The notes beneath the pieces were generated by a model that saw only the letters and a list, made by a program, of their open reading frames with translations, was not told the origin of the DNA and made no database searches. Position numbers and translations under genes: made by a program. A stretch of DNA of 63,746 bases, counting the filler, from Reticulomyxa filosa (Eukaryota > Protista > Foraminifera): assembly GCA_000512085.1 (NCBI GenBank). It is 16 parts of 16 records of this genome, joined end to end, with 100 filler letters (N's around TTAATTAATTAA, not from the genome) between each part and the next. Parts side by side here need not be neighbours in the genome. Positions count along the whole stretch, not along the records: positions 32,090 to 41,702 come from ASPP01044954.1; positions 41,803 to 42,981 come from ASPP01028206.1; positions 43,082 to 47,709 come from ASPP01005264.1; positions 47,810 to 48,809 come from ASPP01036340.1; positions 48,910 to 49,968 come from ASPP01001037.1; positions 50,069 to 55,497 come from ASPP01002760.1; 10 more parts are not named here. One strand, 5' to 3'. This document shows, one piece after another, positions 40,530 through 53,000 of this stretch. The stretch's first letter is position 1; each line of letters begins with the position of its first letter.

Positions 40530-40990
40530 ATTTTGAAATAGCTTGGTAAGCAAAGTGCTGCAAGAGTGGGGCGAACCCGTGTTCAAAGAACATCCCAAAC
40601 ACGTCAGCTACGTTTATGGCAAAAAAGGGACATGATGGAATCATTGCTACAACAATACTTTGGAACGAAACACGAATGGATAAAATATAACATTCCCACT
40701 GCTGGCATGTTGTATTGACTGCAGATTGTCAAAGACAAGTCTTCCTTTGAATTACAAAAAGCAATTGACAAGAAAGTGCTTATGCTATCAGGGAAAAGCT
40801 TTTATCCAAGAGAATAAATAACCACACGTGGCCATGTAATTGAAGATCCACAAGAGTACGAAAATTGAAAAAATCCTTTGTTCGAAGTGCGTTAGCATTA
40901 CAATCGATGATGAAATGAAAGAGGGAATAAAAAGATTTAAGGAATTTCTTCTTAATGTCTTAAAGATACGCTGCCCTTTCCTTCCTTCTT
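40530..40990 (+). pseudogene. PLP-dependent aminotransferase (AADAT/KAT-II/ARO8-like) C-terminal remnant
   Basis: Across frameshifts: VLQEWGEPVFKEH...YGKKRDMM...IPTAGMLY*L...AIDKKVLMLSGKSFY...DEMKEGIKRF. Confidence 0.65.
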
Positions 40991-43105
40991 TTCCCATTAC
41001 TGTGGTTAAAGTTTTAGATTTGTAAGTTTGCCTTTTTTCGAGTACCTTCCCGGAAACGAAACCATTCCATGAATATATCCAGCCAAAAAAGCTAGAGCCA
41101 ATACACGAGTCTCTTCTTTGCACTTTTCCTTTCATTTTGTTCTCAACAAACGATTCACGATATCTTTGAACCTTATCTTTGCCTCTTCGCTACAAACTTT
41201 GCACTGTTAAAAATTTTGAGGTTATTCTTTTATTAGATTAGACAATTAGGTACTACATCTGTCATCAGTACTAAAGGATACATAATTTCAAAGATTTCCG
41301 ACCATTTTCGTGTAAACAACATTTGTGATAACAAGGCGAATATCAAATAAAATAAAACTACAGTAAAATTTTTATATTAGTTTAATCAGAGGTCTATAAG
41401 ATACTAACGAAACAGTCAAAATTATCAGCTACAACAGTTTGATACCAAATTAAACCAATTGCAATTTAACAGCTTTCTCATACTTTTTGATGACGATAAG
41501 TGCCCTAATTTATTTTTTTGATTTGTTAAAAGAAGTATATTTGATGTCAATATTTTATGCTACTTCAATACTTCAAAAATAATAGCTCGATTATTCGGTT
41601 TAGCATCCTCGTGTAACCACTGACCAAAGATCCAAAATTGCTTTCAAAGCCTTTGATTGGTTTTGCATTACAACCTTTGTTATTCAATTTTTAATAAAAT
41701 CCNNNNNNNNNNNNNNNNNNNNNNNNNNNNNNNNNNNNNNNNNNNNTTAATTAATTAANNNNNNNNNNNNNNNNNNNNNNNNNNNNNNNNNNNNNNNNNN
41801 NNCTCCTACAAATATCTTTTACCAGCGAGCAAAAAATTACTGGAAAACCAGGAAAAAATTATAGAGATGTCAAACAATTACTCCATTATTCGAGCAACGA
41901 CGATGAGTTTTATTCTGAGAAAATGATATTATCCAGAAGTCACTATTTTTTGTTATTGATTTTTGTTCGTGAAATTTGTGTATTATGTCTTTTCTTAATT
42001 AAATACTATTACTCAATTTGAAAAAATTTATTTCATTCAATTCGCTCAAAAGAGAGCAAATAAACTAAAAATGATATGTTGTTAGTAAACAAAAATACTG
42101 AATGCCCATTGAATGATTGAATTTGCTTGTTAGTTTCAACATCCCATACACTAACTCTTTCATCCTGTGATCCTAAACAAATGAATTGATCTTAATTATT
42201 TTTATTTTTCATTAACACTGCAAGGATAGAGTTACATAACGGATATTTCAATATATAAAAGGATTTTTTTACAATACTGATTAGTTTTTTTATTCAATTA
42301 TGTGCAATTTTTTTGTTTCGTTAACAAACAAAAAATATCAACGTAAAATCCTTTTTTTTTGTTTTCTCAAAAGGGTAGTTGACTAATCTTGGAAAACAAA
42401 AAACATTGACCAGATTAAGATTGTGAGATTTGATATCTTTTTGTCGTGGATTTTTTAGTCCGACAATTTGTTTTTGGAGAATATTACAATTTTGATTCTC
42501 ACTGACTTTTGTTGACTCTTGCTTTTTGTATCGTGTGGATTACAAAAATTAAAATGCTAAGCTGATGAGGCAATTTATTAGCAATAATATTCAGTCTAGC
42601 AATTATTACAATTTTGTTTGAAATAATCACAAACTTCATATTTATTTCGAATCTGTGCAAGCATATTCACAAAAAACTCAGCTTTTCAAAAAAAAAAGAA
42701 AATTGATTGATTGATGCTTTTAATTTTTTGATCAGTAGATTAGATATTAAAAAGAGATCTATATATGGACAGGGTAAATATGCGATCTACTTGAAAGAAT
42801 GGCACTGAAATTGAATGAAAATAATTGAAGGAAGTCTTACACTCTTTAATGCGTATATTCAATAACAAAAGTGATGATGTAAATGTGCGTAGGAAATATG
42901 CAGAATTACTTGGGACAATAACAGCGAAACTGGATGGAAATATTTTGATGATACTCTTCAATATTTGGTAAATGGATTAAANNNNNNNNNNNNNNNNNNN
43001 NNNNNNNNNNNNNNNNNNNNNNNNNTTAATTAATTAANNNNNNNNNNNNNNNNNNNNNNNNNNNNNNNNNNNNNNNNNNNNAAAAAAAAAAAAAAAAAAA
43101 AAAAC

Positions 43106-44328
43106 TTAACCTAAGATTTCAGATTGATTATGATAGCGTTCTCGACATTGCCAAAAGCCATAAGCCCAAATGGGATACATAGGGGCGGTGCCCGTGAGGA
43201 GTCGAAAGCCTTGGATGACATTGTCCATTCTGGTGTTGAACCACTGCGACTGGGTTTGGTTGGGCGAGGTGAGAGGAGGGGAGTAAACGAAGTAGTAGTC
43301 GATGTAGTCAGTATACGTACTGGAAATGTCCAAAGACACGCTGGGATAGCGAACAAAAAATTTTGGGGAGATGACATCAGCACAGCGAATGAATAAAGTG
43401 AACATAGCAGTTTGATTGGGTTGCAATTGCAATCTGCCGAGCATTTGTCCACCAAGGTTGTTTTGGTTGTTCCAGTCGATCACAACACGTTGCGCGACTT
43501 GTTCACCATTGGAATCGACAATGGTGGCATTGACAAACAAAGTGTCGGATCCGTAAGGCCAGTCATAAGGACCAAGTAATTCAAGCCAAAAATTATACGT
43601 ATAACTATTCTTTGAAGTATCATTATTATTATTATTATTAATAGTCGGAGCAGTGAATGTAGCTGTATAATTCAACCATCCACCACCATTAAATAAATGC
43701 ATTGGTACCAATTCAATCTCTTCATCTGGCTCATTCCACATCGTAATAGTGTAGCTGTCCCATAAAATACCCCAATACTGATTGCTCACTAAAAAAGGGA
43801 TACATGCCTGTGTGTTCCATTGCAAACATCGGATTGTCGCGTCGCGATAATTGGACAGCCCATTCTGGTATTCGCCGAAACCATACAACGCTGTGTTCTT
43901 CTCGCTCTCCGATGGCAACTGCCACTTTTGACTAAACTCATACGTCTTCTTCCCATTCACTGGGTCCGTCTGTGGCGTGTACTGCTTCCCATTCACATAG
44001 CCACTCTTATTGTACGGCTCTGTCAACAATGCCGTCCCGTCCACGTCGTAAAAACCCACCCAATCATTATCTGTCACCACTTTAATCTGCAAACTTGACG
44101 TCTCAATCGTCACATTGTTCCCGTTGCGCTGCAGCGAGTAAGGCACTGCACCTCCTTCGTACGATACTATCAACGACGAACTTTCTGTCGGTTTCGTCTC
44201 CGAGTTTGGCGCCGTATACGTCACTCGCACTATACTATCCGTGTACAACCATACCGTCAACGCGTCGAACGCTATTGGCGTCACTCCACTCGAACCGACC
44301 ACCAATACAGTCAACACAAAAATAACAT
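43106..44328 (-). CDS. Glycoside hydrolase family 31 (alpha-xylosidase-like), N-terminal part, 3'-truncated at contig edge
   Basis: Signal peptide; DSIVRV; ALYGFGEYQNG..NYR; IPFLVSNQYWGILWD; IDYYFV; MDNVIQGFRLLTGTAPMYPIWAYGFWQCRERY. Confidence 0.9.
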
Positions 44329-44716
44329 GGCCCGAATTTTTTATTTTTTTTAATGAGAGGATGAGAATGGATGATAATGTTAATGTATTATATTATTTGG
44401 CTCCTTACAACACTTGCTAAACTGTTTTTGAAAAGTTTCTTTTAATTAATACACATTGTTTCAAAGAACTAAAATTTGACATTTTTTTAAATTCACAAAG
44501 TCACTGACTAGCTTGTCTTGATTACAAATGAAACAGAACACAATAGACTTTACAATAGTCAAACAAAAGCAATTGTACAACATGCAAAGACAATTTTTAA
44601 TCAATAAATTTATGAGAGGACTACAAAAAAAAACAAAACAGAAATGACATGTTTTTTCAGGCTTTCCCTACATTATTACATTTATTTTTACTCCCTTAAC
44701 CAAAAAAAAGAAAAAA

Positions 44717-46007
44717 TTAGACAACATTGTATTTCGCGTTGAGAATTTCAAAAGAACGCCTAAAGGCAGACGCATTTTTGCCTCCAGCAAACGCATGTGG
44801 CTTGCTTGGTTTTGACAAAAGTAGCATGAAACGCTGTTTACATGGCTGAATATCTGAATACGAGTAATGAACAAATGACTGTAGCTGTTTCCAATGAAAT
44901 GATGTGGCGTTTGTGGTTTTCAGCGCAATATAAAAACATGTAGCAGCAATGATCCCACACTCAAAGTTTAGCATTTGTTCATCAATTACAGATAACTCCA
45001 ACAAATATTCCAATTTTAAGCGAATTGCAACAATTCCATTTTTGTCAAATATTGTATTATTCTTAACACACCCAGATTCTGTACAAAAAATTGCCAATAA
45101 AATTTCAGCAATACTTAAAGGATTAGGAACTGTTAATTGAAAGTCCAGTATGGTCACAATTTGTGCTTCTAATTGAAACACCTGAGCTCTCAAATGTTTG
45201 GGCAACGAATTTACTGCTCGAAGCGCCTACACAATTTAACAGCAAAACTAAATAATTTTTTTTAAAAAAAAAGGAGGCAATAAAAAAAAAATTCAATACA
45301 ATTAAATTCGGCCCGTCAATCTCATGATATTTGGCAGCCAACGTCAGCAATGCCACAGCAACAATATTTTTGTCAAAGTTACGGACTAGAGCTTTGGACA
45401 AAATGCGATCGAGGAGGTCAGTGGCCAAAAACAACGAGTGTAAAGACTCAAACCGAAAACGGGAAAAGTGTTCGTAAATGCTTTCCAAAGTCCAGACTCG
45501 AAGTTGTAACAGTTCTTCACTGTTTTTAAACTTTAAAAATTTTGTGCTTGTTTTCCAATGGAGATGTGATTTTTGTACAAGTTTTTTCAATTGTTCTTCT
45601 TGATACGCACAACACATCAACTCATTTCCGCATTTGCATTGAAACGCTTTTCCTTTTTTTGGCTCTTTACAGTTGTTCTTTTCGCTGCTTGTCAAACAAG
45701 TATTGTTCACATCTGCACTAGTTGCACCGTTGAGCATGTTTTCTTGTTTACCAACGACTGGGTGGTCGGTCAGAACTGATGCTATGCTTTCTTGTATGCT
45801 CAACTGAGCCAGTTGCTCTCTTACGTGTTCGACGCTTACTGCACTTTGTTTAGGGGTCAGCCTTGTTGTGTTTTGGATCAATTGATTCTCTTGTTGGGCT
45901 GTCATCGGATGAAAGATGCGCTCTCTTGACAATGACTTTGTCTCTGTGTTTCCAGCATCGAGGAGTTGAAAACTGCTTAAATTTGTGTTATCGGGGGACT
46001 GGCTCAT
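44717..46007 (-). CDS. Divergent cyclin (A/B-like cyclin box), at least one intron near 45230-45296
   Basis: LFLATDLLDRILS...VAVALLTLAAKYHEI; QLEAQIVTILDFQLTVPNP; YLLELSVID..ML.F..GIIAATC; YSYSDIQPC. Confidence 0.85.
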
Positions 46008-47026
46008 TGCACTAACAGACAGAGCCAACGTCCAATTGGCCGTTTTTGTGTTTACATCGATCCCATTTTCGCTTAGTTTTTCGCCTTTTTCTTACCTTGT
46101 TGAAGATTTTTTGCTGAACATTAGTTTGTTTTTATATTGTTTTGAAAAGTAATGTCGTCTACCAATAAAGTTTTTGAAAAAGCATTTTGATAAATAGCTA
46201 ACTTTTGAATTTTTGTTTTGCGTTGACAAAAAAATTCATAAGTCCTTTTGCTCCGACGTTGTTAAATATCATCTTTTTTCTTTTTTTTGTTTTTGTGTTG
46301 TTTCGGTGTTTATACTCCTTTATTTTATTTTTATTTGTTTTTAAAAGAAAATAAATATATACTTTTTGCTTGGCGAAATCATACGAAAGGTATTGCTGCT
46401 CAGATTTACATCATTAATGGCTAAGCCAATATTGAGTCCTTTTGTCACAACATGTGAAGTTATGAACAAATTGTCTGTAATTATTGAAAAATAGATTTTT
46501 CAATAATTGAACAGCTAAACTAAGAGTATACAAAAAAAAGTGCAAACTAAAAGTATCTGATTGGGCCAAGTTGTTTTAATTTATTGCAGCAAATGAAGAA
46601 AACATAACCCCTACATTTTTTTCCAATGTTTATAATTTTGAGCTAGTCGAAACTATTTTTGAAAGACATTTTTTGTTTAAACATTAAAGTGTATGCCAGT
46701 GGAGAAATAAAACTCGTTCAAACAACAATGTCATTTTTCAAACCATTTTTTCCAGTAGAAAAGGGAGTGAACACGACAGACAATTTTGATATGGACTACT
46801 CTGCAAGTAAATACATTTCGAAGGAGCAAACAAATAATAAAAAAAAAAGAAATAAAAACATAGAAATAAAAAAGGGTTTTTTTTTTTGTTAAGAAAACAA
46901 TCAGAGAGTTAAGATAGAGAGAAAAAGTTAACAATTTTCCACCACTCGAAAAAAAAGGGTGCAGAAGTGTGTAAGTCAAGTGACAGAAGAAGGTCAAGAC
47001 TTAAAAAAAAACAAAAAAAAAACAAG

Positions 47027-47709
47027 CTATTTTTGAAGATGATGATTTTGTTGCATTAATTGAGCTCGAAATAAGTCAGAGATAAGAAATTGTGTGCGCC
47101 CTTGTTTTTTGTCATCATCGATTAAGCGCCAGTATCGACTGGGCTGATGCAACACCATATGATGGCGGAGAACATAGCCGCAATACCCATGATCCGAAAC
47201 GTAGTTTTGCGCACACATTTCGAAACCTTTGTCCAAGCATTCTGAACTCACTCCAAACTTTTCATTCAAATTGACTACCATTATACCTTCTCGACACTAT
47301 GTATGTGTGTGTATTTCATTTTGTGATATGTCCCACTTGGATCGCTTACAGATTCTAAACAAACCTTATCAACCCCTTTTTTTTTTTTTTTTTTTTTTTT
47401 TCTCTTCCATAAAACATTAACTTGCAATTGGTATTCGTGAAGCTTGCCAAATGGATTTACTTTGGTCCAATCACTACCATTGTCGTCGACTGCTGCTTTG
47501 ACCGTTGGAAACACTTTCACCCATGTGCCTAACACGCCTTGGAAGTCCAGATTTGGCCATAGCTGCTTGTCCGACTCATCTTTGACTATCATTTGGTCAT
47601 CGCTCATTGTCCAATCCATCGCGTTGTCATTCGCATTGGAGCTTTCTTTTTCGCTGTGTTTCTTCTGTTTTGTGCATTGCTCTTCTGTTCAAACCAATCA
47701 AAAACGTAC
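47027..47709 (-). CDS. Hypothetical protein, 3' exons (5'-truncated)
   Basis: Two protein-like ORF blocks (47281..47619 and 47027..47281) separated by an A-rich GT..AG intron-like segment. No family recognised. Confidence 0.45.
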
Positions 47710-47809
47710 NNNNNNNNNNNNNNNNNNNNNNNNNNNNNNNNNNNNNNNNNNNNTTAATTAATTAANNNNNNNNNNNNNNNNNNNNNNNNNNNNNNNNNNN
47801 NNNNNNNNN

Positions 47810-48809
47810 TGTACATACAGTGGAGATATTACCTATACGAAGCACAAACATCGACAACCATTGCATAGAAAAAGTGTTTCGACAAAAGACTTTTCTTAAA
47901 TCAAAACTAGGTGAAAAACAGTCTGGATTTTGTTGTGTTCTGGAGTGTTGGATTGCAGAAGTGGCATAGTTGGTCCTTATTATTTTGGGATATCTTTCAA
48001 AAGAAGAATAAAGTTGCGACGAAGCAGGGGTTGAGTCGCCAATATTTTTCATTTTGAAAAAACTGCGAGAGGGCGGTTGAAAATAAATCGGAACATTTTT
48101 GGATGATGACATACAGGTCGTGTTGCCTGTGGCAGTACGTAATGATATGGACTGCCGATCTATATTCGATAAAGACTTGGTATGAATTGATTTTTCTTTG
48201 ATCTCTTCGCTCTCGACATCGGTAGTGTGTTGATGTTTATCTTGAGCATTGAAAGACAGCATCTTTTTTCCCTCTTCTTTGCTTTCACTATCACTGTCAG
48301 TGTCATCGTATTCATTCTTTGCAGCTGGTGATAATGGTGGAGGAGGTAGTCCATTTATATGTCCATCTCCATTGTCATTATCATCATCGCTGTCATTTCC
48401 ATTCATTGGGACAATCTGGTCCATTTTATCTTGTTTCAATGGAACATGGTACATGGATTTGGACAGGAAGACACCATTTGCATTTGCTTCAATGTTTGAA
48501 TTTTTCAATTCTTTTTGTGTAATTGTGTTATCATAATTTGCATTGCCATGCATGTCATTCTTGTTATCTTCTTCATTATTTTCTAACTCTAGATTTGTTT
48601 GTCGTGCTTGGAGAATGGCTTCTGGGGGAGGAGTTGGAGGTCTCAGCAGAGTGCCCGCATCACTGCTGTAACTACAAGTAATACCCCGATCCCGTTGTAA
48701 GTAGACGGTACTTGCTAATTGGACAGTAGGAGACAACAAGACACCAATTGTTTCAAAGTCCATTTGCGTCACAATTTCGCTGGTTTCCTTTTGTTGAGAT
48801 TGCAACTTT
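47810..48809 (-). CDS. Hypothetical low-complexity (Pro/Asp/Asn-rich) protein fragment spanning the whole contig
   Basis: About 330 stop-free codons in AT-rich DNA, with PPTPPP and LPPPPLSP motifs. No domain recognised. Confidence 0.55.
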
Positions 48810-48999
48810 NNNNNNNNNNNNNNNNNNNNNNNNNNNNNNNNNNNNNNNNNNNNTTAATTAATTAANNNNNNNNNNNNNNNNNNNNNNNNNNNNNNNNNNN
48901 NNNNNNNNNTTACTTTAAAAAAATTTTTTGTGGTTGCCTGAGTATGATAAGATGGTTTTTTAAAATTTAATTCAAGTTTACCAATGTGTTATATCTCAT

Positions 49000-49450
49000 T
49001 TGGCTTTTTTAACTGACTGTATTATCTTTGGCATCGACTTTATTAAGTTTTCACAAATGTTTGTTTCTATTTTTTAACATTATATTTCGAATTGGTTACA
49101 AAGTTCTTCAGTAGTATTAAATGGTCCTTTTTTGTAAATCATTGTCTTTATTATCCACCAAAGATTTTCAATTGGATTTAAATCAGGTGAATTTGGAGGA
49201 AAATTCATTGTTTTTATTTTTTTTTGTTTTAACTATTTCATAACTTTTTCCGATTTATGGCATGTTGCATTATCTTGCTGGAAAATTCAATCATCTTTAT
49301 TTTCTAAGCAACAATTGACGCTTTAGCATTTCGTCAGATAAAATTTTTTTATATCAATATTTACTACACCTTCCACTTTGCAAGCGTAACCTGTTCATAA
49401 TGCTTCAAAACATGACATACTAAAATGCTTCTACCACCAAATTTTGCTCT
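49000..49450 (-). mobile_element. Tc1-family (DD34E) DNA transposase remnant
   Basis: Minus strand reads *IFQQDNATCHKSEKVMK*LKQKKIKTMNFPPNSPDLNPIENLWW, with exactly 34 residues between the second catalytic D and the E. Two in-frame stops. Confidence 0.88.
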
Positions 49451-49605
49451 TTTTGTTATGGAATTTTCATCTAATGGTTGTCAATCAACAAAAATCAATA
49501 TCAAACACCTAAAAAAAAAAGTATCAATTTCATTTAATATTTTTATTGAAAAAAAAATTGAAAAATTTATATTCACTCAAAGTCAAATCAGCCAATAAGA
49601 TGTCT

Positions 49606-49968
49606 TCAATATCCCCAAATACGAATCAAACCCCCAAATGTACCGTAACACAAATTAATACAACAACCAATATCATCATTGATTTTTTTTTTATTTTCAT
49701 TCTTTTTCAATTGTAAAAACTTCAAACACATTATTCCTCCATTTTCATCATCTCCTTTAATAACATACAATTGATTCTTATTTGATCGAATATCCCAAAA
49801 ATAAATTGTACTATCATATGATCCAGAACATATCACATTTGAATTACCAATACTATTTTTTATGACAAACGGTGAATATTCAACAGCAAATACTTGACCA
49901 GTATGCCCATTAAACACTTGAATTTGTTCACCAGATCGAATATCCCACAAACGAATACTTTCATCAAA
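49606..49968 (-). CDS. WD40-repeat protein C-terminal fragment (same family as 1195-1751)
   Basis: LWDIRSGEQIQVFNGHT...ICSGSYDSTIYFWDIRS...LCYG...IRIWG. Confidence 0.85.
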   Translation of the reverse strand, partial: FDESIRLWDIRSGEQIQVFNGHTGQVFAVEYSPFVIKNSIGNSNVICSGSYDSTIYFWDIRSNKNQLYVIKGDDENGGIMCLKFLQLKKNENKKKINDDIGCCINLCYGTFGGLIRIWGY

Positions 49969-50068
49969 NNNNNNNNNNNNNNNNNNNNNNNNNNNNNNNN
50001 NNNNNNNNNNNNTTAATTAATTAANNNNNNNNNNNNNNNNNNNNNNNNNNNNNNNNNNNNNNNNNNNN

Positions 50069-53000
50069 CAATTAAAAAATGTATTATTATTTATTAATTT
50101 GTTGAATTTGTTCTTACGTCGGTTTATGTTCTCGCATTTAGCGCAAATGCAGAAGCTTACACTTCCAGATTTGGAGACCCCTCCAAAATTCAAAGGAGAT
50201 GAAGACACACACAACAGCAGATTACTTCCTTTGCCCTTGCCTCCTCTATTTCAGCACACACACATCAGCCAATTTAATTCGAACCACTCTACCGGAAAAT
50301 CGCAGAATTTTTCAAGACCTTTGCCACCGACCCCTGATTTTTCAAACGTATCGTTGATCGCCGATCAAATAATACAACAACAATACATTTCCAGTCTAGG
50401 GCAACACAGAAACCTGTACACACCAGAAGCGCAAAACAGAAGTAATAATAAAAACCACCCGACCGCATTTTCGCAACCGCAATCGCAGTCTCAACCAGAG
50501 CCGAAACAAAGCGAAAAACATACAGCACTTCCCCCCTTAAAGTCTTACTTTTACAATCCAGATGTGAATTTGCCATCGCAAAATTCTTCCATTCATTCAA
50601 TAGACAAACTGCAAATATTTGCAAGACTTAAATGTCATGACTATCAAAAAGATAGCTCCAAAAACATACACACACACAATAATAGTATTTCTTTTCCTCT
50701 AAAACACACGAATAACAACACTTTCGAATTTTCCAACATCTTTCCATCATCTTCGGATAACAAATATGTTAGTAACACAATCTTGCAACCATACATAGAC
50801 AAAGTTATAAAAGGTCAAAACGCATTAGTAATAGCATATGGACATTCGGACAGCGGTAAAACATTTTCAATCATTGGCAATGAAAACGTAAACAATAGTC
50901 AATGTTATGCCATCTTACCAACAGCATTCAAAATGTTAATTGAGTCACAAATGAAATTAACAACAATACTATTTTCAGCAATAGAAGTTTATGGCATTAA
51001 TGCTGAAAACACAAAACATTTCGACCTACTAATCGACAATCACCAAGGTATGAAAGACTTAAAACCGCAAAAAGCAACTCAACTAGCAATAACCAATATC
51101 ACAGCATTTCAGCCAATAATCGAAAGAATTAGAAAAAACACACATTCTACAGCAATCAGACATAATTATAAGTCATCTAGAGGTCACGTTGTATACACAA
51201 TAAAATTATACCAAAAATTTTCAAGCGTAGTTACAACACCTTTGGTAAGCACATTAACCATTATTGATTGTGCATGGGCAGGCAACATACATTTCAAAAT
51301 AGCAAATGTTATTTCACCATTACCTCGTAACGAAGTGCAACAGTTACGTGAAAAAGAGGATGAAGTCATCCAACAAGGCAACGACCAACTCCGGAAACTT
51401 TTCCAAGATATAGCAGTCAACAGAAGTCCATATGCCACTGAAATTGGGAGACTAAAAGCTTTATTGTTACCTCTATCATCACAATTAACATGGGTCGCCG
51501 TATTAACGACAATTGCGGAAGATATCAACGATGTGAATACAATTGACAAAATGTTGCAATTCATTTCAAATGTAAATTTAAATTATTCAAATTTAAATTC
51601 AAAACAAAATTCAACTACTACAAATGTGCCACAAAAAGTCACAAGCACAACTTTGTCGCAAGAGTTTGCAAATACATGTCCTCATCAGAGCAATGTCTTG
51701 CCACAGCTCTTTAACACGAGAGAACCTTTACGTCCCGCCGTCGACAAAATCCAACCACACAACACACAAAATCTTAGTGTAGACAACAACGATATTACAT
51801 ATATACAAAAGGAGAAAATAAAGAAAGCTTTGATCGAACATATATATGAACAACCAAATACCTCCAACGCTAAAAATACAATCCCAAGTAACCAAAATGC
51901 CGTCAGACAAATCGTTAGCGCAACAGTAAACGACGTTACCATTGAAACAAGAGATAACAAACAGGTGAATAATTCCACAACAAATCATGTGCATACATCC
52001 AACCATCATCTCCTGCATCCTGTCATTAACACTGAAATCGCAAAATCTCAAAGAAACACTGAATCACCAACCACCGACGAAAACATTGCCAAATCTTCCA
52101 ATAAAGAGGATGAAGAAAAATATCCAACCGCGTCCGATAGCGAAATTGTCTCCGAGCAAGAGAGTGAAATAGATCCAAAAAATTATACCGATTTAGATGA
52201 CGAGTACATGCAATTCAAAGACCATTTGAATATCAATCAAGTCTGCCCAATCTCAGATTGCGGATATACTACAAATTCCGAAAAATTGCGCGTCCTGATT
52301 GCACATATTAACAAACACACAACGGGTCGATTAGCAGGAAACATTCCAGAAAGTTTCCTGGAGAAACACAACAGAATAGTCTGTTCACATTGCAAGAAAA
52401 CTCTGGCAAAAGGCAGAGCAATCAATAATATGCATACCAGATGTTCAGTCTCTAAATCGCAATCGCATCCAAATGGGCAAGTCGAAATTGTACCTGTGCA
52501 AATACAACATCATTTCCTTTGGTCGGACATTACACCGGTCTTCGTCGCAAAAAAGCCTGCCAAACTCATCGCCAGAGTGCCCAAAGAGGCAAGGCTACTT
52601 TTCGCCGCTGGCGTCTCATCGTGCCTTCAAAACATTATCGAAAACAACAATATTCAAGCATGGACAGCATGGATGGTATACATACGTTCAATGCTTTGGC
52701 AACCTGAGAGAGAAGGGAAACAACATATCAGAACGCTCACAAATACAATCGTCAATCGAATCCAAAGATGGAGAGCAGGAGAAAAACAACAACTGTGGTT
52801 TGAGTTCCTCGCACACTCCCAAAAAATCAAAGAAAAACCAAGACGTGACAACCCACCAAAACGGTCAGAAGATTCAATACGATCATCTTGCATGAAATAT
52901 GCCGCTCTCGGAGAATACTCCAAGGCCTTCCAATCGATGAAGCCAACGCAAGCGACATTGTACAATGACAACACAATAGCTGCGTTGCAGGCCAAGCATC

